NCBI GenBank assembly: GCA_038207335.1
Contig: JBBQZX010000001.1
Location: 32,001-96,000 of the forward strand
Reading direction: 5' to 3'
DNA length: 64,000 nucleotides
Origin: Chthoniobacterales bacterium
Lineage (GTDB): Bacteria > Verrucomicrobiota > Verrucomicrobiia > Chthoniobacterales > Chthoniobacteraceae
In this document: positions 55,924 to 64,000 of the stretch, in pieces
Numbering within the stretch: the first letter of the stretch is position 1
How the letters are laid out: every line of letters begins with the position of its first letter
Position numbers and translations under genes: made by a program
The notes under the pieces: model-generated
What the model saw: the letters and a program-made list of their open reading frames with translations, nothing else
Database searches by the model: none
Told to the model about the DNA's origin: nothing

Positions 55924-58103
55924 GCATTCTCGAGGGTGTGCGTGTTGTAGTAGTAGTCGTGGGAGTAGTAGTAGTACTGGTAGTAGTTCTGCGTGGCGTT
56001 GAGATCGAGGCGATTGAGGATGAAGCCATAAAAGTTAGCCCCGTTCCCATTGAGCATCTCGATGGCCGCCTTCATGTTGCGGATCGGTGTGTGTCCGCTC
56101 CAGATGACGAAGAGCACGCCGTCCACGTAGCGCTGAAGAATCGACGTTTCGGACAGACCGAGGACCGGGGGAGTGTCGATGACGATGCGATCGAAAGTGC
56201 CGCGCAGAAGCGTCATGAGGTCTGCGAACTTCTGCGAGCCTAGCAGTTCGGTGCCGGTTTCGAGATGGCGTCCGGCACTGAGGACGGTGAGGTTTTCGTG
56301 CGTCGTGGGGCGCAGCGCTTCATCGAGGGTGGCCTCGCCGAGAAGGACGTTGCTGAGGCCGGGGCTCTTCCGATATCCAAAGAGCCGATGGAGACGACCA
56401 CGGCGGAGGTCGGTATCGACGAGAAGCGTCTTGGAGCCGGTCTGTGCGAACGAAATAGCAAGATTGGACGAGACGACTGTCTTGCCCTCTTTAGGCATCG
56501 CGCTCGTGATCATCATGACGTGCGGCGGCTTGGAGAGCGCGCCCATCGAGAGGAGATTCGTGCGAATGACGCGGAAGTTTTCGACGAGACTGGACTTGGT
56601 GGAGTCCTCGGTGTCGATCAATGCAGGTGCGGTGGTGGTTTCGACTTTTGGGACGATACCGAGTCCGCGAAGCTGGAAGGCGGATTCTACCTGGTCGAGA
56701 TTCGAGAGCGTGTGGTCGAGATATTCGATGAGGAAAGGAATGCCGAGGGCAAGGACGGCGCCGAGGGCGAGCGTAAAGATGAGCAGCTTCATCCGATTCG
56801 GTGAAACTGGGCGATCGTGAACCTCGGTCAGGCCGGCGAACGTGAGGTCGATGCGCTCTTTGTCGTAGGCGTAGTCGAGAGCCTGTAGGCGTTGCATCAT
56901 TTGTTTGTAGATGCTATTCCAGCGGAGCTGGCCGTTATCGAAAAGCGTGCTGTCGAGCTTGATCAGATCGGCCTTTTTATTGACATCGGCGTACTGCGGC
57001 AGCTTGTGCTCGAAGTCCTGCTTTTTGTTGAGCAGATGCTGATACTCGACCTCAAGGCGGTTCTGAGCGACTTGGAATTCAGCGTCGAGCTGCTTACGGA
57101 CGTCCTCCATTTGCTTGGTGAGGGCGATCATTTTATGATGGCCTGGGAGATAAATTTTCGAGGCTTCGGCCCTCTCGTTCTTGAGTTGCTGCTGCTGCTT
57201 TTCCAATCCCTCCCAAGGCCTTGCTGAAGAAACCATGGAAGGCACGACGACCATGGAATTCCCGGACGTCTGACCGGAATTTTTGCCATCGTCAGCAGCG
57301 GTGTCGCCTGACGAATTCGAGTCCTGAGATAACGGTCCCAGAAAATTGATGTCCGGTGTTTTCTCCATCGCGACGGTCGCGATCAGGGAGAGCTTGGTGA
57401 CGCTGTCGAGCGCCGGGTCTTGAATCTGGATGCGGACCCGGCCGAGTTCGTCAAGGCGTTTTCGGATGCGGACGAGTTCGACGGGAATGCTCCGCATTTC
57501 GTTGAGTTCGATGAGGGTTTTCTGCGAGTCGCGTTCGTCCTTGAAATCGAAGCGTTTACCAATGTTCGCGATGAGCTTGTTCCTGACTTCCTCGGTCTCG
57601 CGGGTGTATGCCTCGAAGATTTCGTCGCGGTCGTGGACGCGTTTTTCTTTACGATAGGACAGGAACTCGTTGACGAGCGTTTCAGCCCAGACATTCGCGA
57701 GCGGGGCGGTCGTGGGCCAGACTTCGATCTCGAGGTTCTTTTCGGAGTTTTGCCGGATGCTGACCTTGAGGACGTATTTTGAGGCGATTTCACGCGCACT
57801 GCCCTTGAGCCCGAGTTTTCGTGCGGTCCGTTCGACGATGTGCGGAGCCATCATTTCGCGGATGATCGCCCGGATGCGCCCGTCGTGGTAAATTTTGTCG
57901 GTGTCCACCGGCAGGGCGAGGTAGTCCATCTGGACCAGAGCGCGGGCGTAATAAACGGGTCGGGCGTAAACGTAGTAGGCTAGTCCCGCGCTCAGACTCG
58001 CCGCCATCAGAAGCAGCATCAGCCGCAGATGTTTGCGGGCGATCGCGACGTACATGATGACGTCGTGAAGATTGAGAACACGTTTTTTAAGACCGGGGAT
58101 CAT
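55920..58103 (-). CDS. wzc: Polysaccharide co-polymerase / BY-kinase (Wzc-like)
   Basis: Two TM segments, coiled coil, SAMPKEGKT, VDTDLRR, IDTPP, Tyr-cluster tail. Confidence 0.92.
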   Translation of the reverse strand: MIPGLKKRVLNLHDVIMYVAIARKHLRLMLLLMAASLSAGLAYYVYARPVYYARALVQMDYLALPVDTDKIYHDGRIRAIIREMMAPHIVERTARKLGLKGSAREIASKYVLKVSIRQNSEKNLEIEVWPTTAPLANVWAETLVNEFLSYRKEKRVHDRDEIFEAYTRETEEVRNKLIANIGKRFDFKDERDSQKTLIELNEMRSIPVELVRIRKRLDELGRVRIQIQDPALDSVTKLSLIATVAMEKTPDINFLGPLSQDSNSSGDTAADDGKNSGQTSGNSMVVVPSMVSSARPWEGLEKQQQQLKNERAEASKIYLPGHHKMIALTKQMEDVRKQLDAEFQVAQNRLEVEYQHLLNKKQDFEHKLPQYADVNKKADLIKLDSTLFDNGQLRWNSIYKQMMQRLQALDYAYDKERIDLTFAGLTEVHDRPVSPNRMKLLIFTLALGAVLALGIPFLIEYLDHTLSNLDQVESAFQLRGLGIVPKVETTTAPALIDTEDSTKSSLVENFRVIRTNLLSMGALSKPPHVMMITSAMPKEGKTVVSSNLAISFAQTGSKTLLVDTDLRRGRLHRLFGYRKSPGLSNVLLGEATLDEALRPTTHENLTVLSAGRHLETGTELLGSQKFADLMTLLRGTFDRIVIDTPPVLGLSETSILQRYVDGVLFVIWSGHTPIRNMKAAIEMLNGNGANFYGFILNRLDLNATQNYYQYYYYSHDYYYNTHTLENA

Positions 58104-58239
58104 TTAGGGAGTGCCGCCGGGGTGGGCGAGAAGTTCAAAAAAATTGCAACCAACAAACGCCAAGGTGACGCGAAAACGGAGATACGCAATCTTTTGACGA
58201 GAACCCCTTCACGAGAGCGCGCTTGGCGCTCGGGTGCCG

Positions 58240-59448
58240 TCAGAAGCTGAACCACTTTTCCGGCACGACGACGATGTCGCTGCTCTGGAGTACGACATCA
58301 GGCGACTGTCCCTTTTGAATTCCGACGACGTTGACGTCGAGTTTCGCCTTGGTGCCATCCGGCAGTGCGCGCAGGACGTGGACATGCCTGAGATCGGCAA
58401 ATTTCGCAAAGCCGCCGCTCTGCAGGATGGCGCCGTATGCCGTGAGTCGCTCGCCTTGGACGAGGTGGTAACTGCCTTGGCGCTTCACGTTCCCAGTGAC
58501 GTAAACGAGGTTTGCGGTGCCGATCGGAATGGTAATGACGTCGCCTTCGCTCAACGAGATATCGGAGGTGAGTCCGCCACCATCGAGGATCTTCTGCACG
58601 TTGACTTCTTCTACGATCCCTTTGTGTGCGGCGACGCGCATGACTTTGACGCGCGTGAGGTCGGCTTTTTCAGAAATGCCCCCACAGCTCAAAATGACGC
58701 CGACGAGTGTGGGTGCAGTGCCGGCGGGGATGCGGTAGGGGCGGGGATTTTTGAACGCGCCAGCGAGGTAGATGAGCGGGCCGGACTCGAGATCAACGCC
58801 GGAGACACGCTCGACGATGACAGAGGCGTGCTGCAGTTGCGAACTCTGGAGAGCATGGCGGACCGAGGCCTCTGCCGCGTCCAGCGATTTGCCGGCGACG
58901 GCGATGCGGCCGACTTGCGGCAGGATGATGTATCCCCCTCGGCGGACTTGGTAGCGGCCGTTAAAGGAAGGGTCTTCGACGACAAAGATTTCGAGGTTTT
59001 CGCCGGGAGCAACGACATCGCTGCCGGTGAGGACGGGCGCTTGGACCGGGTTGACTTTCTGGAGTTCGGCCTCGACTTGAGCGAGCTGCGCCCGGGTCGC
59101 CTGAAGGCGTGTCTCCCAGTCCTTGACGTCTTGGTTTGAGCGGTCTGCCTGATCGACGTTCCCCGCCGCACTCTGGATTGCGAGCCGTTTCTGTGCGGCA
59201 TCGAGCTTGGCTTTACCGTAGCGGACTTCACCTTCCAGCGTCTGCTTTTGCTCGGCGAGGCTTTCGGATTCGGCTGCGGCGACCCCTGGTGAAACGACTT
59301 CGACTTGAGAAGCGGTGTTAAGGGGGATCTCGGATTTTCGAAAAGTCACCTCTTTTTGTTCAGCCACTTGGCCATACACCGAAGTGCATGAAAGCAGCGC
59401 GATCCCACAGATTGCAGCGAGTGAAAAGGAGGATTTTTTGTGATTCAT
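58240..59448 (-). CDS. Polysaccharide export protein (Wza-like, Poly_export + SLBB)
   Basis: PGENLEIFV, GYIILPQVGRI, VYVTGNVKRQG, SGGF, SDIVVVPE. Confidence 0.85.
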   Translation of the reverse strand: MNHKKSSFSLAAICGIALLSCTSVYGQVAEQKEVTFRKSEIPLNTASQVEVVSPGVAAAESESLAEQKQTLEGEVRYGKAKLDAAQKRLAIQSAAGNVDQADRSNQDVKDWETRLQATRAQLAQVEAELQKVNPVQAPVLTGSDVVAPGENLEIFVVEDPSFNGRYQVRRGGYIILPQVGRIAVAGKSLDAAEASVRHALQSSQLQHASVIVERVSGVDLESGPLIYLAGAFKNPRPYRIPAGTAPTLVGVILSCGGISEKADLTRVKVMRVAAHKGIVEEVNVQKILDGGGLTSDISLSEGDVITIPIGTANLVYVTGNVKRQGSYHLVQGERLTAYGAILQSGGFAKFADLRHVHVLRALPDGTKAKLDVNVVGIQKGQSPDVVLQSSDIVVVPEKWFSF

Positions 59449-59476
59449 CTAGGGTGGAGTTTGGAAAACGGGCGTG

Positions 59477-59504
59477 AGAGTAGGGACCTGAGATTTTGCG
59501 TCAA
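59477..59504 (-). promoter_or_regulatory. Candidate sigma70 promoter upstream of the wza-like gene
   Basis: Minus strand TTGACG-N16-TACTCT, 28 nt before ATG 59448. Confidence 0.45.
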
Positions 59505-59533
59505 TGCGTAACGCGTCGAATGACGAATTTAGG

Positions 59534-61237
59534 TCAATCGAAATACTTCGTGACGGTGAGGAAGACGAGATTTTCGTCGAAATTGTCCCGCTCTCGGCTG
59601 GAGTCGCGAGTCTGGTATTGATAGAGAAGCCTGGCGACGAGCGTATCGGTGAAGCGATAGGTGAGATGGAGGCGTGCTGTGTAGGTCTCGTGGTGCCCGA
59701 GATCGTCGGAGTTGTAGCGGCGGTCAGTGTAAAGGCCGCTCAACTGGATCGTGGTGCGAGGGCCGGGATCGAGCGTGAAGCGGACGCCGGTGCGCCATTC
59801 GGTGCGGTCATATCCATCATCGGAGAGGTCAGCGACTTCCGAGTAGGAGACGAACGCTGCGGCGCGGATTTTCGGCCCGAGCACCTGCTCGATATGGTAG
59901 ATGGCGTCATCGCGCAATTCATTGCTCAAGTCGTTGTAGTGGCGGCGGAGCGTGAGCGTCTCGGTGGTATAGGGTCCCGCGATGTGCCGGAGTTGCAGGC
60001 CGTAGAGAAAGCGGTTGGTGCCGTTGTCGTCCTGGTGGAAAAGGCCGACATCTGCGTGCAAGAATAGCTGGTCGGTGATGGGGCCGTTGATCCCGAGGCG
60101 GATTTCGTGGCGGAATCCATCGATTTGGTCTGTGTGGACGCCTCGGTAGGCAGCAAATGGCTTGAAGCGCTGGTTTTCGCGCTCGGAGTAAATGCTCGCG
60201 TTTACGACATCCCGCAGCCGTGGCAGGCCGCGGTTGCCTTGATTATACCAAAGATTTTCATGGTAGGCGCCAACCCGCAGACGCACCGGCCCGGGAAGCA
60301 ACCGCTCTGCTTCGACGCCGATTTTATTGCTGTAGTAGAGAATCTCCGCCTCAGTGTTGTCATCGATGTTTCGATGGTGGCTGTCGCTGTTTCGCCCTGG
60401 AGCGCGAAAGGCGTAACGTCCCGCACGATCGACTTCGTTGAACTGGCCACCTTCGAAAATGTCGAGCGTATCGCGGTCGCCGGCGGTGATGCGGGCCGCA
60501 TCGATCGTGAAGTCATCGGAAAATACGACGTCCCACGCTCCGATTTTCGTCTCCCATGTTACCTGCGAGTGCAGAAGCGGCGAGCCATCGAGCGCGATGT
60601 CGTACGGCGCGAAAAGGCCAAACCCGGCAATGCCAAATTTATTCTCGAACGGCAGCCACACGAGATTGCCAGTCACCGCAACATGAAGGCCTTCGGTGAG
60701 CTGGACGATCGCTGTGATCCCCAGCCGAACGATCCCGATCACATCCGACTCCCGGTTTTCGTTGCTGTGGTGGATATTGTCGCTGAAAAGGATGCCGGCG
60801 GTGAGGGCGCGCAGCTTCAGGAAAAGCGGGCCGAGCTTCAGGTCCGCGTCTTTTGGCTCGAAGCCGCGCTCGAGGAGAGGGAAGCGCAGGCGGGGCCCGG
60901 GAAAGGTCAGTCGTGTGTCACTCTGCACGGAGCCGAGATGCAGCGACGGATCGGGATTCAGCGGCCGCAGTACGTGGGTGTAGGGCGCTCCGGTGTCGCG
61001 AAAAACTGAGTGATATGGTATTCCCACGGCTGGCTCATCCACGAACGCGCCCTCCGGTGGTCGTCGGAGGCCCTCAGCAGCAGAAGGCGCTTCTGTGGGG
61101 CTGCCGACTGTGATCTGCGCGTGCCCGTGCGGTGTCGCGAATACCCCGGTCATCAAGGCGAGACACAGTCCTGTAGCCCTGCCTCCGCGGGAAACGAGCC
61201 CGGCTATTAGCCGACAGGACTGTCGTGCGAAAATCAA
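59534..61237 (-). CDS. Outer-membrane beta-barrel protein of the polysaccharide export locus
   Basis: Alternating aromatic/hydrophobic strands, LKLGP...FSDNI, C-terminal YQYQTRDS...FDENLVFLTVTKYF; TTG 61237 overlaps the upstream stop. Confidence 0.75.
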   Translation of the reverse strand: MIFARQSCRLIAGLVSRGGRATGLCLALMTGVFATPHGHAQITVGSPTEAPSAAEGLRRPPEGAFVDEPAVGIPYHSVFRDTGAPYTHVLRPLNPDPSLHLGSVQSDTRLTFPGPRLRFPLLERGFEPKDADLKLGPLFLKLRALTAGILFSDNIHHSNENRESDVIGIVRLGITAIVQLTEGLHVAVTGNLVWLPFENKFGIAGFGLFAPYDIALDGSPLLHSQVTWETKIGAWDVVFSDDFTIDAARITAGDRDTLDIFEGGQFNEVDRAGRYAFRAPGRNSDSHHRNIDDNTEAEILYYSNKIGVEAERLLPGPVRLRVGAYHENLWYNQGNRGLPRLRDVVNASIYSERENQRFKPFAAYRGVHTDQIDGFRHEIRLGINGPITDQLFLHADVGLFHQDDNGTNRFLYGLQLRHIAGPYTTETLTLRRHYNDLSNELRDDAIYHIEQVLGPKIRAAAFVSYSEVADLSDDGYDRTEWRTGVRFTLDPGPRTTIQLSGLYTDRRYNSDDLGHHETYTARLHLTYRFTDTLVARLLYQYQTRDSSRERDNFDENLVFLTVTKYFD

Positions 61238-61533
61238 ACCGTACGGCCTCTTTTGAGATTTTGATGCCGTTTCTGCCGACTTTGCTTTCCGAGAAAAAGC
61301 TGCGGCAAATCCTCCCGGCGAAAGGAAAAAGGCAAATACGCCAGCAGACCCAACACTGGGAAAACCACGACGATCCCGAGCCAGAAATTGCGCTGAGACC
61401 GCGTGAAAGGCTGCGCTAAAACGCTGGATACGGTGCAAACCAGCACGACAAGCCAGACGAAGAGCAGGCAGACCGCGACCTCGGGGCTGAGCTTGGCTTG
61501 TTGAAAACTAAAACGGGTGAGGAGATCGCGCAT
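61234..61533 (-). CDS. PLDc_N-like small two-TM protein
   Basis: WLGIVVVFPVLGLLAYLP motif; first gene of the EPS operon. Confidence 0.7.
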   Translation of the reverse strand: MRDLLTRFSFQQAKLSPEVAVCLLFVWLVVLVCTVSSVLAQPFTRSQRNFWLGIVVVFPVLGLLAYLPFSFRREDLPQLFLGKQSRQKRHQNLKRGRTV

Positions 61534-61719
61534 GAAAATTGGGGAGGCGGTGCGAGAAAAAGCGCGCTCGTTGAAGCAGGCGCGCGCCACTCGTGCAACG
61601 TGTTTTGCGCTCCGCCATGAATTTGGCATCGGGCATTCCCTCACTCGCACGCGAATCGCGAAACTTCCCGGCCCGTGCTGGACGCTCCGCAAGCCGCGCT
61701 CTAAGCTCTTCCCTCCAAA

Positions 61720-62514
61720 ATGAAACGGCTGCCACTCCTGCTGCTCGCCAGCGTCCTACTTTCCTCCACATTGCTGAATGCTGCGGATCCCGCCCTGCAA
61801 AACGGCTCATTCGAGCTGCCGAAAGTCGAAAAGCGTATGACCGAAATGGAGGGCGGCAATCCCTGCCTCACCGATCAGCCTACCGATTGGGCGCACTTCA
61901 TCCTCCGGGCCGGGAAAAAAGAAGGCAGTCTCGCGATGGGCATGACCGACGAAATCGCGCGCACCGGCAAGCAGTCGATCTACTTCGACTTTGATAAACT
62001 GAAAGCCCGTGGCTGGACGGCGATGCTCATGACGAGCCTCATCCCCGCGAAGGCACTCCAGCCGTATAAAATCTCGCTGTGGGGGCGGCTGGATCGCAAG
62101 CGCCCAATCACGCTCGACCAGCGCCGCCCGTATCTGCGATTCAACGTCGAATTCTACAAAGCCGACGAAGAGACGCAGGTCGGCGAAACCGAATATCGCA
62201 CCGTTCGGATTCCTGGGAGTCTCGGCAAGCTGCTCTTCACCAGCGCGAAATGGTCGCAGGCATACGGAATCGTTCGCGCTCCGGAAGGCGCCGAACTCAT
62301 GAAAATCACAATTGCGTGTGAAGCCCCTTCCGGTGAGAGCGACACCGACGGCACGATTTTTTTCGACGACGCGACCATCGAGGAGCTGCCGGACGATTTC
62401 CCTATCGCGCCCTCGAATGAAATCATCATCGAGGACGAGACCAGCGAGGCGCCGGAACCGCTGGAGCCCACTGAGGTGGAGCCCGCGCCCGTGCCGACTC
62501 CAGAGAAAAAGTAG
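61720..62514 (+). CDS. Secreted hypothetical protein, possibly a carbohydrate-binding jelly-roll
   Basis: Signal peptide, LQNGSFE start, ARTGKQS, IFFDDA end, acidic Pro-rich tail. Confidence 0.6.
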   Translation: MKRLPLLLLASVLLSSTLLNAADPALQNGSFELPKVEKRMTEMEGGNPCLTDQPTDWAHFILRAGKKEGSLAMGMTDEIARTGKQSIYFDFDKLKARGWTAMLMTSLIPAKALQPYKISLWGRLDRKRPITLDQRRPYLRFNVEFYKADEETQVGETEYRTVRIPGSLGKLLFTSAKWSQAYGIVRAPEGAELMKITIACEAPSGESDTDGTIFFDDATIEELPDDFPIAPSNEIIIEDETSEAPEPLEPTEVEPAPVPTPEKK

Positions 62515-62529
62515 CGCTGCGCAGTGATC

Positions 62530-63765
62530 ATGAATCGACGGGCATTCCTCGCCTCCATAGTTGCCGCGGCTCTCGCTCCTGCGCTCCGTGCATCGCAGTC
62601 GCCGCGCCGCATCCTGCTGCGCTCCTCGTGGCAGACGGTGAATATCGGCGACATCGGCCACACGCCCGGCGTCTTGGCGCTGCTCCGGGAATATCTCCCG
62701 GACGCCGAAATCACGCTTTGGCCGGGCAGCGTCGGAGATGGAGTCGAGGAGATGCTTCGGCGAAATTTTCCCGCGCTGCGTTTTGCGCTCACCGCTGGAG
62801 ATGTGGCGCGGGCATTCGTCGAGTGCGACTTTTTTCTCCACGGCTCCGGTCCGTCGCTGGTCGCGCAAAAGCATCTCGCAAAATGGGTGGCCGAAACCGG
62901 TAAGCCGTACGGGATTTACGGCATCACGTTCAGCGCGGTGGATCCCGAAGCGGTGCGTCTGCTGAGCGGCGCGCGTTTCGTGTTCTTTCGCGACAGCGTC
63001 TCGCTCGACTTTGCAAAAACGAACGGCGTCGCGTGCCCAGTTATGGAATTTGGCCCCGACGGTGCATTTGCGGCGGATGTGCGCGACGAAGAGTCAGCGA
63101 CCGCATTTCTCCACGCGCACGGGTTGGAGGATGGCAAATTCCTCTGCGTCATCCCTCGTTTTCGCAACACGCCGTACTGGAAAATCCGCGGGCACGCGAT
63201 GACAGCCGCGGACGATGCAAAACACGCGCGCAACGAAGCGATGAAGGAGCACGACCACGCTTCGCTGCGAGCCGCGATGGTCGCAGTCGTTCGCGAGACG
63301 GAAATGAAAATCTTGCTCTGTCCCGAGGACCAGAGCCAGATGGCGATCGGCAAGGAAATGTTGCTCGATCCGCTGCCGGGGGACGTCCGCGAGCGCGTCG
63401 TCTGGCGCGAAAAATACTGGCTCACAGACGAGGCGATCAGCACGTATGTCCGCTCCGCCGGCTTGTTTGGAAATGAGATGCACTCGCCGATCATGTGCAT
63501 CGGCCACGGCATCCCCGCGATCGTCTGCCGGTGGAAAGAGCAGACATCGAAAGGCTTCATGTGGCGCGACATCGGGCTCGGCGACTGGCTCTTCGATCTC
63601 GATGACGAGCGCGACCTCCCGCGCATCGCGCCCGCCGTGCTCGCGCTCGCGAAAGCTCCCGCCGCCGCCCGCGAGAAAGCGCTCGCTGCGCGCGAAATCG
63701 TCCATCGTCGGCAGCGCGAGACGATGGGCATCCTGGCCGCGAGCCTGCCCGTCCGCGCGGAATAA
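62530..63765 (+). CDS. Polysaccharide pyruvyl transferase-family protein with Tat signal
   Basis: MNRRAFL, NIGDIGH, FFRDSVS, GPDGAF, EMHSPI. Confidence 0.75.
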   Translation: MNRRAFLASIVAAALAPALRASQSPRRILLRSSWQTVNIGDIGHTPGVLALLREYLPDAEITLWPGSVGDGVEEMLRRNFPALRFALTAGDVARAFVECDFFLHGSGPSLVAQKHLAKWVAETGKPYGIYGITFSAVDPEAVRLLSGARFVFFRDSVSLDFAKTNGVACPVMEFGPDGAFAADVRDEESATAFLHAHGLEDGKFLCVIPRFRNTPYWKIRGHAMTAADDAKHARNEAMKEHDHASLRAAMVAVVRETEMKILLCPEDQSQMAIGKEMLLDPLPGDVRERVVWREKYWLTDEAISTYVRSAGLFGNEMHSPIMCIGHGIPAIVCRWKEQTSKGFMWRDIGLGDWLFDLDDERDLPRIAPAVLALAKAPAAAREKALAAREIVHRRQRETMGILAASLPVRAE

Positions 63766-63791
63766 ACGCCCATTTACGCGCTCCCAAGGCC

Positions 63792-64000
63792 ATGAGCGCG
63801 CGCACACTTCTACTCTCCGCCAGCCTCGCAGTCCTGTCTTTATCAGCCTTCGCGCGCGACATGACATTCAAGAGCACTGCCGCCCGCACCCATCTTCTGG
63901 AGCTTTACACTTCAGAGGGATGCAGCAGTTGCCCGCCTGCCGAGCGTTGGCTTACGCAGCTCCAACAAAGCCCGCGGCTCTGGAAAGATTTCGTCCCGGT
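63792..64000 (+). CDS. DUF1223 thioredoxin-like secreted protein, truncated by the window edge
   Basis: Signal peptide then LLELYTSEGCSSCPPAERW; not in the ORF track. Confidence 0.85.
   Translation, partial: MSARTLLLSASLAVLSLSAFARDMTFKSTAARTHLLELYTSEGCSSCPPAERWLTQLQQSPRLWKDFVP

Noticed and set aside
55945..55990. TAG/TAC trinucleotide microsatellite
   Set aside because: Encodes the Tyr autophosphorylation cluster (9 Tyr) expected at a BY-kinase C-terminus
61575..61589. Sigma54-like TGGCGCGCGCCTGCT upstream of the EPS operon
   Set aside because: GG-to-GC spacing is 9 nt, not the required 10
1..64000. CRISPR arrays, tRNA/rRNA genes, transposases, prophage or defence genes
   Set aside because: None recognised; intergenic gaps are short and show no spaced direct repeats or cloverleaf motifs

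Overview
GC-rich bacterial window, most likely Verrucomicrobiota (Chthoniobacterales-like). This is inferred mainly from an Amuc_1098-1102-type pilus operon. The largest gene is absent from the ORF track because it runs off the left edge: a >3,400-aa minus-strand hybrid NRPS-PKS (10333 to <1) with the order A-PCP-sulfotransferase-KS-AT-ACP-aminotransferase-luciferase-like monooxygenase-C-A. It is followed by a small glycosylation locus (WcaF-like, GT4, WecA-like, O-antigen ligase-like) and a Fur-family regulator with a heavy-metal RND efflux locus lacking an adjacent adaptor. Next come housekeeping genes (argH, thiE, coaE, rho, rnd, aroF, prfC, aroD), the five-gene pilus operon and an FHA/receiver signalling protein. 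The right part holds a Wzy-type exopolysaccharide cluster with a decoration module (two SGNH proteins, MBOAT, carbamoyltransferase, SxtJ-like, DUF5989). The two best novelty candidates are the sulfotransferase-bearing, probably His-primed NRPS-PKS and a possible Dlt-like trans-membrane carbamoyl/acyl relay, in which the small DUF5989 protein ends in a DltX-like FIYxxF motif. Four sigma54-like promoters and heptamer-periodic intergenic repeats are also visible. All family calls come from motif recognition by eye; no database search was run.
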